Source: Haliotis rubra
Lineage: Eukaryota
Direction of reading: 5' to 3'
DNA length: 64,000 nt
Assembly (NCBI RefSeq): GCF_003918875.1
Contig: NW_025765814.1
Location: 1,364,001-1,428,000 of the forward strand
Shown: positions 42,401 to 54,400 of the stretch, piece by piece
How positions within the stretch are numbered: the first letter of the stretch is position 1
How the letters are laid out: every line of letters begins with the position of its first letter
Program-made: the position numbers and the translations under genes
Notes under the pieces: generated by a model
What the model was told of the DNA's origin: nothing
Database searches by the model: none
The model's input: only the letters and a program-made list of their open reading frames with translations

Positions 42401-45400
42401 CGCTGCCATATGGCTGGAGTATTGCTGAGTGCGGGTAAAACTACACTCACTCACTCACTCAGATTCATTGTACATTTGGTTGTGCAGAGGATGCAGCCAT
42501 GTTTCAGGTATGACCTTCAACAAGCAGCAAACAATATCTGCTGTGATCCCAGAGCAGAATTATAATGGCAAACACATTTATATTCCATAATTTATTCAAC
42601 AGCAATCCATGACCATTGATTGCTTTAACAGCCTCAGTGCCCTAAAACCTAATCAACCACAGACAGGATTCTGATTGTTCATCATTTGAGTAGGTTTGGA
42701 TTATATTCTGTATTATATACATGTACTGAATTGGGTGAGTGAGTGGACTGGGTTTCATGCTGCTTCATATAGTTTCACAGTTATAAACATGCATCTCAGG
42801 TTGGTGTCACCTCAGGAATGCCTGAAGTGTTGAAGGTCTCAGATGGTTATAACCTCAGGTGCTACTATACTATTCATACTTTGCATACTTTGCTAAGGAT
42901 CAAATCATTGATCCAACAGAAAACTATGATGTGGGGTCTAATTTGATTTAAATATCTAAGCTTATTGTAAGCAAAGAACCTATGTTTCAGTATGTCACTG
43001 CATCTTGTGGATCTCATACCTGCTATTGACAGGTGTTGTGTACTTGTCACTGACTCGTTCCATGATTTGCAAAATGGTTGATTGGTGCCATGAAAACCAT
43101 GTTTATGGTTACTGATGAATCAAGTGCAAGGTTAGATTAATGTGGCAAGGTTAGATTAATGTGGCTGTTTGCCTAAAGAGGGGTTAGTATATAACTATTT
43201 ATCCCGTTTAAAATGAATACATTTTCAAATTATAAATCTATATTTAAGTAAGGTGGTGAAATTTTGTGATCCTTAGCCAAGTGTGAATAGTATATGTGGT
43301 GAGACCCACAAGCACGGTTATGGAGCTGACAAACAAGTGAACATCATGGGGGTGAACCTGGATTAAATCCAGGTTCCTGGTGTGCTAAAGGGAAGCAACT
43401 CTGCACACTGAACTGCCCTACTTCAGATGACTGGGCCATCCATGACGAAACACTTACTGAAAGCATTGTGAGTTTGAAGCCAGTGACAAGAAATCTGCAA
43501 GCTTCTTTCCAATCCTTTCTGTTAGCAATGTCTTTAGATAGACCTGACTAACGTATAATCCCAGTAATTGTGATTCCAGTCATTCAAAAGATGCTTTGTT
43601 GGGCCACTTATCATCATCTGATTTGTATAACATTAGCATTAACAATTGCCTATTTTCGAAAATGATATCTCCATTTTCCTTTTTATATCCATTCAACTAA
43701 TTAGCCATTGACTCTGTCATACACCTGTTCAGTTTCACTTACTTAATATCGTCGTGTTGTCGTTTTTGCTTTTTTAAGTCACTTCTTACCTGAAGACAAA
43801 ATCAATTCTTTGCTTGCAAGATACCTCAGTAAACTATTCCCTTTATGTTTTGGTGGTAGTAATTCTCTGTAAACAATACTATATTTTTCAATCCATGAAT
43901 GGCTGATGTACCCCCCGGCCATGCATGTACAATAATCACTTTTTATTACGATCCGCACTGAATTTCGCAAGTCTCGCCAGTTACAACATTATTAACCTGA
44001 GCACAACCATGGAATTCTTGATGACGTGAAGACGTGAATGTTTACATAACGCTGAACATTATTGATTAAACACACCTACTTGAATGAAAAAAAACAACAT
44101 TCTCTTATCACATCTGAATTTTTTAACTGTCAATAGTCAAGCCTAAACAGACATCAAAACAACAGTCATCATTTCAGTCCGGATTATAATATTCATGGCA
44201 ACGGTACAAATAATCAACCAATTGATTCAGGCACCAAATTTACCAGTTTGTTTTAAGTCCATGCCTTGCAGGCACGATTGCTGATTAATGCATAGTTCCA
44301 ATCAAACACTGATCATCCTCGTTACTTGCCAAGCCCAGCTGTAGACTAGCTCTCGTCACTCAGACAACACGATACTCACAGGAGACACACTACAGTAAGT
44401 AACAGAAACCGTTTTCCACTTTTCTGCTTATTATTTGATGGGTTGACTCAAATCATATGCTATTATTTTCACTGGGTGGAAGAGTATATTACTCTTATTT
44501 GAATATCAATATTTGTTTTCTAATATAATTGAAATTTCTAAAATATGTTATGTTTAAGATTGATCAGTTGTCACAAATCATATGCTATTATTTCATTGGG
44601 TGGAATAGTATATTACTCTTATTTGAATATCAATATTTTTCTTCTAATATAATTGATATTTCTAAAATATGTTATGCTTAGGATTGATCAGTTGTCACAA
44701 ATCATATGCTATTATTTCACTGGATGGAATAGTATATTACTCTTACATGAATTTCAATATTTTTTTTTCTAATTTAATTGATATTTCTAACATATGTTAT
44801 GTTTAGGATTACACTTTCTCAGTAATTCATGTTATACCAGGCAAGTTTTCAAGTTACTCCTGTTCCATACAATAAAGCCCTGACTAAGAATATCTTATGA
44901 ATAACCTGCAATGTATACATGCAAATTAGTTCTACTCTTGACTCAAGTATGTCAGCGGTTTTACGACGCTTTTAGCAATATTCCTGCAACATCACAGTGG
45001 GGAACACCATAAATGGGCTTCACACATTGTACCCTAATTGTACCCATGTGGGGAATTGAAACCGGGTCTTAGGTGTGACGAGCAGATGTTTTAACCACTA
45101 GGCTACCCAACCGCCACTCAAGTATGTCAGCTCTTAGGGTTAGCAAAACAGAACCACAAACAAATTAACACCTGATGTGATACATTGAATGCTAACTGAC
45201 AAGCTGATTCAGTGTGTTCTAGGCCATGACAGCCCAGTAAGTATGTGGTCATGAGGGGAAGCGGGCCAGATCCATATCTCAATTGACAGAATAAACACTG
45301 ATAAAGATCTGGTTGGATGGGTATTTATCTTACAGTCAATACATAAAATGGCCAAAATTCTCAGTTTACAAACCATCAATATATTCAGCGTTCTGCCCAG

Positions 45401-48400
45401 AAACTGGACAAGGGGGAACAAGGAGGTTTTAATTGAAAATACACACGGCCGTTTTCAAAACCTCAGCGCCCACACTGTGAAAGATCACATAAAAAAGCAT
45501 GTCTCTTAAAGTTTTTCTAAAATTAGAACCTATCTTTGTTGTTCAATTAGATTTCACACAACTTATACAAAACAGACATGTGGTAGTAAAACGCTCTGAT
45601 AAACTGCAACCATATGTACTGACAAGCCGGATTTGTTGAAATTTCTTGTTTTTTCTACCTTACCTGAGTCACCATGGTTGCTCTCAAGGGGGCTATGTCA
45701 GATTTAACTCCTGGTGTGGCGTTTTAGAGGTATATCACCATATGAAATACCATTGTCAGTACACATCACAATATGTTTGGAGCGAGTGAGTTTGGTTTTA
45801 CGCCGCTTTTAGCAATATTCCAGCAACATCATGTCGGGAGACACCAGAAATGGGCTTTACACATTGTACCCATGTGAAGAAACGATCCCCGGGCCTTCAG
45901 CGTGCGGAGCGGACGCATTAACGATTAGGCTATCCCACTGCCCCTAATAATATGTTTGGAAAATACTGGTACATTGTCAAAATGTGTAGAACAAACTCAA
46001 ACTATAACAAACTAAAAGTAGTCAGTCCTTTGGAGAATTCCAGCAATAATTCCGGCACGTGACACAGAAATGGGCTTCACACATTGTACCCATATGGGGA
46101 ATGGAACCTGGGTTTTTGGCATGATGAGCGAATGCTTTAAAGGGGCACTGATCCAGAGCAATTTCCGTGGACTGGTTGTTGCTTTTTTTTTTTTTTCTCC
46201 CGTGAGTACCTGGATGATATCCCAGAATTCTTGACTGGTTCGTGATCTTTATTGCGCCAAACAAAATGGTGTGTGCGATGTTTGTAGGTATTAGTGAATG
46301 TAGCGAATAGTCTTGCAATTTCCGGGAATCGAATACCATTCGATCACGTTTTTCAGCAAATCAGATTAAAGAACACGGTGACTTTTGGTTTACAATTTAC
46401 AATGTTGACTTTTGTTGAGTATATACTCCAGACACTAGAAATGCCAAAAGGGATACTTTGTCTGGTGGTGTTACCACTAATTATACCTGTTATAAATTCA
46501 TTATCTGACCATCAAGTGAATAATGACAAATAGCATGCGTAGGTTTATACCACCAAACAAGGGTTACAGCAAGGGAGTAGTGATCGCTGTACTGCATGCA
46601 ATTTTAATTGCCTGGGAATACTTATGTTCCGACACTGTTTTGAGGATACGAACGGAACTTCATTGTTGCATAAGAAATACATATAAGTATTGTCTGTGTA
46701 CTTATTATAAAAAAAATATATATACCTATTTACCCAAGTAAATTTTCAGATTTTTCTAGCTGTTGCAAAGTGGGGTTGTTTTATTTATGGATTCAAAGAA
46801 ATGAGATGTGTGTTTTTAATATCATAGGGATTAGACATCATATTTTGACATGACATGATTAAACATTGAGGTCAAAACACATAAATTGGATCAAATTGGA
46901 TCAGTCACTATACCATCCAGGCATTAGAAAACCTGAAAAGCCTACACTGCTTTGATACTTTATTGCAATCAGATAAGAACCACCGGGGATATTTTCAAAT
47001 AACTGATCTGATCGGCATCAACCCGTCCTAATGTCCCACTGTTTAGGTTGAAGAAATTCTGCCAAGGTGGACAGTAGCCCAGTCCCCGTGTCCATCATGG
47101 TCAAGGGAGCAGGTACTGGCCAGTTTGTAGCTTTGTTTCATATATACGGAAGGACATACGGAGCCTAATACTATATCCCCCGCTTCACGCTAAACGCGCG
47201 GTGGGGGATAATAATTTGTGTGATTTTCAAGATATGAAGGTGACATAGCATACTGGCATCACAATAGTGAAAAAAAACAACTGGGTTTCAAATAACCCCA
47301 GTTGAGAATTAACAAGAAGACAAAGTCATCAATATCCCCCTCAATGGCAAAATACTCTTCATGATTATGTCTACGAGTTATGATTATGTCAAATATTTAG
47401 GTGTGTATATAGAAAAGTGGAAGGAGAGTATTGAAAGGTTTTTAAAGTTCTGCTCCAGAAAGGAGCACTACCACCAATTTCAGGCTAAGTCAAACTTGTT
47501 GCCACGGAAAAGCCAAAAATATTATATTCAGAATTCCAAAACTACCAAAAGGCACCAGTACACCACCAGACCAATCTATGTGCCAAGTTTGGTAAAGAAA
47601 TAGTGAATGGTTTTAGAGTTCACCCCCGGAAAAGAGTACTACCACCAATTTCAGGCTAAGTCAAACTTGTTGCTGAGTCAAACTTGTTGCCATGGGAACG
47701 CCAAAAATATTTTATTTAGAATTCCAAAACTACCAAAAAGCACCAGTACACCAACAGATCTATCTATGAGGCAAGTTTGGTGAAGAAATATTGAACGGTT
47801 TTAGAGTTCTGCTCCGAAAAGACAAATGTGCACGGACGGACGGACGGAGTCCATTTTAATACCCCCCGCAAAACGTGTTGCGGGGGATAATAAAACCAAT
47901 TCAGTTATTAAAAAAGGAACCTGATTCCAGATATATGAAAAGCTTCTCTGAGGTAGAGAGATGAGAGAAAGCTCATTGGTGTTATCCATGAAAATCACAT
48001 CAACAGAGCGTTAACACAAGACATGACACCTGTCCTCGATGAAGCTGACATTCGACACTGCAGCAAAGACAAGCTAGTCACTAATGGCCGACCTGTGAAG
48101 ACATAGCCATCCCTTGAGCCACAAGAACGGAAACTCTTTAGTGGAAACTCTTAGTGGGCAAAAGAGAAAAGGATGCTCCTGTCACTAAGATGATAGCGAT
48201 GATGGAAACGATTACTTACACTTCTCAAGTTTGAGAAAGAACTTGTAGCTATTTAGAGATACACAGATGTTGTTTCTTCGAAGCCACTGCTGAGAGCCTT
48301 CGCTGTACTGATGTCACTGCATGTTGATTTGTATCTACTGTCAGTTACAGACCTTAAAGAGAGCCAGGTGCCATTGATTTCACCTTCATCTTCACCTGCT

Positions 48401-51400
48401 CTCACATTTGATGACAAAAGTTCTGAGTCTAATCAGTATCAGATGACAGCAGACAGGAAGCTTTTGAAATATTGAAGAGGACTTGAAAATCAGATTAAAT
48501 ATCCAAGGTCTGGGGATTTAAGCAATGATATGAGGTAGAGGTGATATTTGCATAAGTTATCTAATTTATATGCAAATATAAAATTTTGACAGTGTGACAG
48601 ATCGGATTCACACTCATCAAGGTCAAAGATAATCACAGATCTAACCCTTATTTGATAAGGATCCTACAGAGGATGTTGTTTGCCACAGTTTGCCACATGT
48701 TCATAGATTTAACCCTTATTTTATACCGATGCAACAGAGGACGTTGTTTGCCACAGTTTGCCAAATGATCATAGATTTAACCCTTATTTTATACCGATGC
48801 AACAGAGGACGTTGTTTGCCACATGATCATAGATTTAACCCTTATTTTATACCGATGCAACAGAGGACATTGTTTGCCACAGTTTGCCACATGATCATAG
48901 ATTTAACCCTTATTTCATACCGATGCAACACAGGACATTGTTTGCCACAGTTTGCCACATGATCATAGACCTAATCCTTATTTTGAACAGATCCAACTGA
49001 GGAGGTTGTTTGCCACAGTCACCACGGAGCTGTTCAAGAGACTCACAAACCAAAAGGTATTGGAAACAAATACATGATATCATACCTGTGCCAGTTTGGT
49101 GAGTTTGGTGTAGAGAACATTGATGCTTCTTTGTCTGGTTTCAACGTTATCCTTGTCGAAGTGGAGATTGGCCTTGGATCTCACTGAAAAGACAAACAGT
49201 TAACAAATCTTATTCCCCTCAATGGCAACTCATACATCAACCAAAGAGTCGGATAAGATGATACAGAGAAAACTGGAGATGTTTGCAAAGTTTACCTGAA
49301 GGAGCTCGTCGCAGTTTTGCCGCCTTGTCCGACTTCCTTCTGACAACTTCCTTCTGCATGACCGTCTTCTTGACTTTGATGCGTTCTGGGACTTGTACAG
49401 GTTGCTTCACGACCTTCTGCACGACCTTGGGGTCAACTTCCTTCACATAGTTGGCCGGGACAAATCCCTCGGTGTTGTCTGCCTTCCGCACCTGCCACCA
49501 GTCATTGTTCGTCCTCTGGAGGAGGATCAGAATCTGCAACATGAAGGGAGAGGAGTGAGAGAGGGAATCTGAGAGAATGAGTGGCTAAGTAAAGCAGTGA
49601 GAGAGGAAGTGAGTATGTTTTTACACCGCTTTTTGCAATGTTCCAGTAATATAACGATGGGCTTCACACCTCGTACCCATGTGGGGAATTCAACCAGGGT
49701 CTTCAGCATGATGAGCCAACACTTTAACCACTAAGCTACCCCACCGCCCCCAGTGAGAGAGTAAGTCAATCTCTCAGAGTATGTGTATAGAGTATTTTCA
49801 AGTGTGCCCCAAATTGACAGTGTCCAAAGAGTATGTCCTAAATTTAGTGAGTATATCCTGCTACATTTCACTCATACTCTTCAGAAGAAAAGTTCAACTT
49901 TGACATCAATCTTACTTGAATTGGACAGTCTCGAAAAGACTTCCAAACATTTTTCATCAGTAATTCTTATTGAGCCATTTCACAAGCACAACCTGACTGT
50001 TGGGCTGTGTATTGGCAAATAAATTGTTTGCAATATATTGTGATTCAGGTACCTGTACCACAATATGTATCAGTACATATTGGGTGAGGTGAGGTGAAAT
50101 TGGGTTTAACGTCGTGCTTGAGAATATTTCACTCATATGACGACGTGCATGAGTGTGTATGTGTATGTGCGGCGGCTTGTACTAGCCCAGACTTAAGCTG
50201 GTTTTATAATGCTAGCCCACTGAGATATCATGCCGCAGTGAAGCATGAATACCCCACTCAGACATATTATACTGACTCCGAGCCGACCAGTCCTTGTTGT
50301 ACCCATTAATGCCGAGCGTCAGGCAGGGACCAATAAGTACCATATTTTAACGTCTTTTGGTATGACGCGGTCGGGGATCGAACCCACGACCTTCTGCTCA
50401 CGCGACCTTCCGCTCCCGGCGGACGCTCTAACCACTACACCATGGAGGCGGTCTGATATATTGTGAGCTAAAGTGTTTGACAGTGAGTGTGACGTGTTTA
50501 CATGTACATATTTCTTTTTCATACCAAACCCCTAACAATATATGCTATGGTACCGATAACAGCAATCTCAAAACTATGTTGGATAGTCAGGGATTCTATT
50601 TTCCTTTCTAAACAATTAACAGCATGTAAAGTTTGCCATTTAGTCACTGAAACAGGAAGCATCATTTGTGAATGGAAATGTGTAGACTTTAACATAAACC
50701 ATAGACTGACTGACTGACTGAGTTTGGTTTTAGGCCGCTTTTAGCAATATTCCAGCAACATCACGGCAGGGGACACCAGATATGGGCTTCACACATTGTA
50801 CCCATGTGGGGATTCGAACCCGGGTCTTCGGCGTGACGAGCCAACGCTTTAACCACTAGGCTATCCCACCGCCCCCATAAACCATAGAGATAATCACCAA
50901 ACTTCATACAATTTTTACCCAGCATACTGATTCTCAGAAAACAAAATATCGTAATATTGAAAAGCTTTTGCAGTGTAATGGTATAGAGGTAATCCCATGC
51001 AGTCCTACGTAACTGCCAACATATTTTAAGAAAGATAGTACCGGTAGCTGGTTTCGGATAGTGATGTATTACTCGTTTCTGTGCAAGGCAACTGAAACAT
51101 CAGGAAAAACACAAATTCCTCCTCCCAGTTGAAGGATGTCTCGCCTGAACTAACTCAAGGCCATGTAATCATCTGCTTAGAAATCATACCCCGTGTCACT
51201 GACATCTATAATCCTGCCCACAATACCCACAAGTTGACTGCCAGAGGATACCTATAACATGCAGTGTAAGCTTTTGGAATTCAATCATAAAACTTTGATA
51301 TGATATTCATAAAGTCTGTAACTCCCAGATCGATGCTCATGCTGCTGATCACTGGATTGTCTGGTATAGATTATTTACAGACCGGTGCCAAATAGCATTA

Positions 51401-54400
51401 ATATTGCTGAGTGCAGCGTTAGACAACCAACCAACCAACCAACCAACTGTAACTCGCAGACTTTCTTGTCCCTGTATGTGATGAATAAGTGAGTGAGTTT
51501 AGGTTTACACTGCTTTTACCAATATTCCAGCAATAACACGGCGAGCGACACTAGAAATGGGCTTCACACATTGTACCCAAAGCAAACGCTTTGACCACTG
51601 GGCTACTCCACCACTTTGATGAATGACTGAATTAGTATACATAAATCTATTGTCCGGTAGTTCACGTTCACACCCTATAGGATCCCAGCTTTGAATAGCA
51701 TTTAGCAGCATTTAGTTGGAGATACTAGTAGTTGTATGTCTTCCACTTCTTTATTACAATGAAGGTAATGTTTATCAACATTTAAAATCTGTATCCTTCA
51801 TTAACCTTTCATGAATTATCCCTCACAACCGTCCCATGTCACATCACATCGAATCGCATCACCTGCTCGATACCAGTGTTGGTATGAACACTAAAACATC
51901 ACATTTATTGTCAAAAAGACATATCCATATCCAACTCTTTCCTTTGTTGAAGGTAGGATCACTAAACAAAGACAACTTGGCAATAAAAAGGCCAAATAGT
52001 GTAAACACTGTGACAAACAGCCAGTAAAAGTCTCATCAATTACTGGATAGCCTGGGCCGTACTTGATACAGTTAGAATATTGCAGAGGTGTGTGTCAAAC
52101 AGCCAACAAACAAACACACTGTTCCTTTGAGACTAATCAAAACAGTCAATTGTGATCAGCACAATGCCTATTGCATTTGTCAGTGTTGAGTTTATGTGTT
52201 AGGTGTGTACATGAAGTGGATAACACCAGACAAACTCAATCACTGTAATGCCCGTTAGTGCCCAGGCTGTCCATTTAGTACAAACTAATGGAACTGCCTC
52301 ACCTAAACTACAGGCAAGGATAATATCGTTAATAATGGGTTTACCTGTATTTTTTGCAGTTGCCTTAACCTTTTATCACGAATGTTCTAAACAGGGACAG
52401 AGAAATTCGATCACAAAACCCATCACAAATGGAACTGATGTGGATTTTTTTTAGACTCATGCATGTAGAAACACTTTGTCATCATTACCCATGAATACCC
52501 TGAAATAGTTTGTGCATCCTGGTCAATGAATGCACACAATCCCACTCGTAGGAAGATCATCGCACATGATGGAAGGAGCCAATTCAAACAGTTAATCATT
52601 GAGGTGTTTTACCTGTGAAAAGCAACTGAGTTAATGGCCAAAACCATGCAAACTTGAGACCATGTCTATGTGAAAATGAGAGGTTGCATGCAGTAGTTAT
52701 GTTTCAAACCGGAACTGCAAAAACAATTGTTGCTTAGCATTTTGGGTTCATTGTAACTGTCTGTGGTTGGTAGGAACAGACTGGCAACAAATGGGGCCTA
52801 TCACATTCTGGCCATCCCCAATTAATGTCACCTCTCTCTGGGTCAGCTGCAAAGTCAGTTCAGACTACAACTCCGCCAGCATCCTTGGGTGATGTCAAAT
52901 TCATGCAAAGATGAGAGGTAAATATCAGGCCACAACATCCAGCAGTATGTCAACTTTTGCTGCCATGTTACTGAACCAATGACAGGCGTCGTCTGAGCCT
53001 CTTGAGTTTGTGTGTTTGTTGTTTAATGCCGCTCTCAGCAATATTCCAGCTATATGGTGGTGGTCTGTAAATAATCGAGTCTGGACCAGACAATCCAGTG
53101 ATCGACAGTATGAGCATCGATCTACGCATTTAGGATACGATGACATGTGTCAACTTGACAAGCATGGGTTACTGAACCATATCTTCGCAGGTCGATGCTG
53201 CTTTGAACAGAAATGTAGAAAACTCACGTCATATAAGTTTCTTTTCACATTAATCACTCTGTCACATGTTTTCAACAACATGAAACGTATCACATTCAAA
53301 ACAAATCAATATTTCAAACCAAAATTAGAAAAAAAGAAACTTTTTTTAAGACGAGAACAGCAATTTTTCATTTACACAAAACCTTCAATTGTTAAACATA
53401 CTGTGGTTGCCAATACTGTTTACAACACAACTGATTATATTGTTAAACTGGCGTGGTTGTAGCCAGTATCGTCTGCAACACTATACATTATATTGATTTT
53501 TTGTGAAAGGAAGGATTCTGTACTTTCCATAGTGTGACTGAATGTTTTTTTCATGGAATACAAGCCAGGGGTTTATCAGTAATCCTTAGGCCATTCCTCA
53601 AGGATTCTATTACCAGAGCTTTATTGATTCATAAACTGGTAATCTTTTGAAAGGGGGAAAACATCCGGAAAGTTTCAATCTGAACTATTTGTAGCAGTAG
53701 ACATAAATACTTCATGCTGAATAGACTTGCCATCACAGAGAGATAGCAGCTCTTCTGCAAATCATTAAATAAAAGCGAGGATTTTGGTGTAGCATATAGT
53801 CAAGGTAGGTGTATATTTATTTGTTTAGAGAAGTTTTTACAGTATTCATTCACATGTCTATTCTCATTATAACACAGTTTGATTAGATGTCAAGACCAGT
53901 GTCACGATATGGCTGAAATATTGCCGATGTGACGTTAAATAATAATAACTCAAGACCAGTGTTTGCTCTTAACCCTGAAAAGCTGCAGGCCCTAAGGCCC
54001 CAGAACCATACAAAGTTGTGTGTCCTGATTGTGTAGGCCCTATATTTTAATACGGAAATAATACTCTTAGTTATTGGGGATGAAAAACTATCTGCCATAA
54101 GGACCTGCAGAAAACAAATGCTGTGGTTTTTCAGTTGGCTTCAGGCCTCAGGACTGACGTTAATTTTGAATGCTGGTCTAATTTCATTCTAGATGTTTCC
54201 TAATTACCACATCTGATGTTGCTGTTACTGAAAAGCAGCTTATACAAAGACTTAGGTTGGTGACCTTATTTGTGTAATTATCGACTGATCGTCGGATTAG
54301 TTATCACATCGACAATAAATAATTGGCAAACCAATTATCACAAGAAGACAAAGTCGTCAATATCCCCCTCAATGGCAAAATACTCTTCATGATTGTGTCT

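Noticed and set aside
43779-43970. 63-aa ORF ending at a strong CAG|gtaaga donor as an alternative first coding exon
   Set aside because: Phase 1 is incompatible with phase-0 exon w8, and the phase-0 frame has a stop; at most a non-coding exon.
44340-44400. Plus-strand gtaagt donor as a distant GPCR 5' exon or bidirectional promoter
   Set aside because: Single motif with no independent support.
50704-50875. tRNA genes
   Set aside because: The A/B boxes belong to SINE heads with body, tail and TSD; no proper acceptor stem.
53010-53462. 150-aa plus-strand ORF
   Set aside because: Runs through a family B repeat into AT-rich intron; no domain signature.
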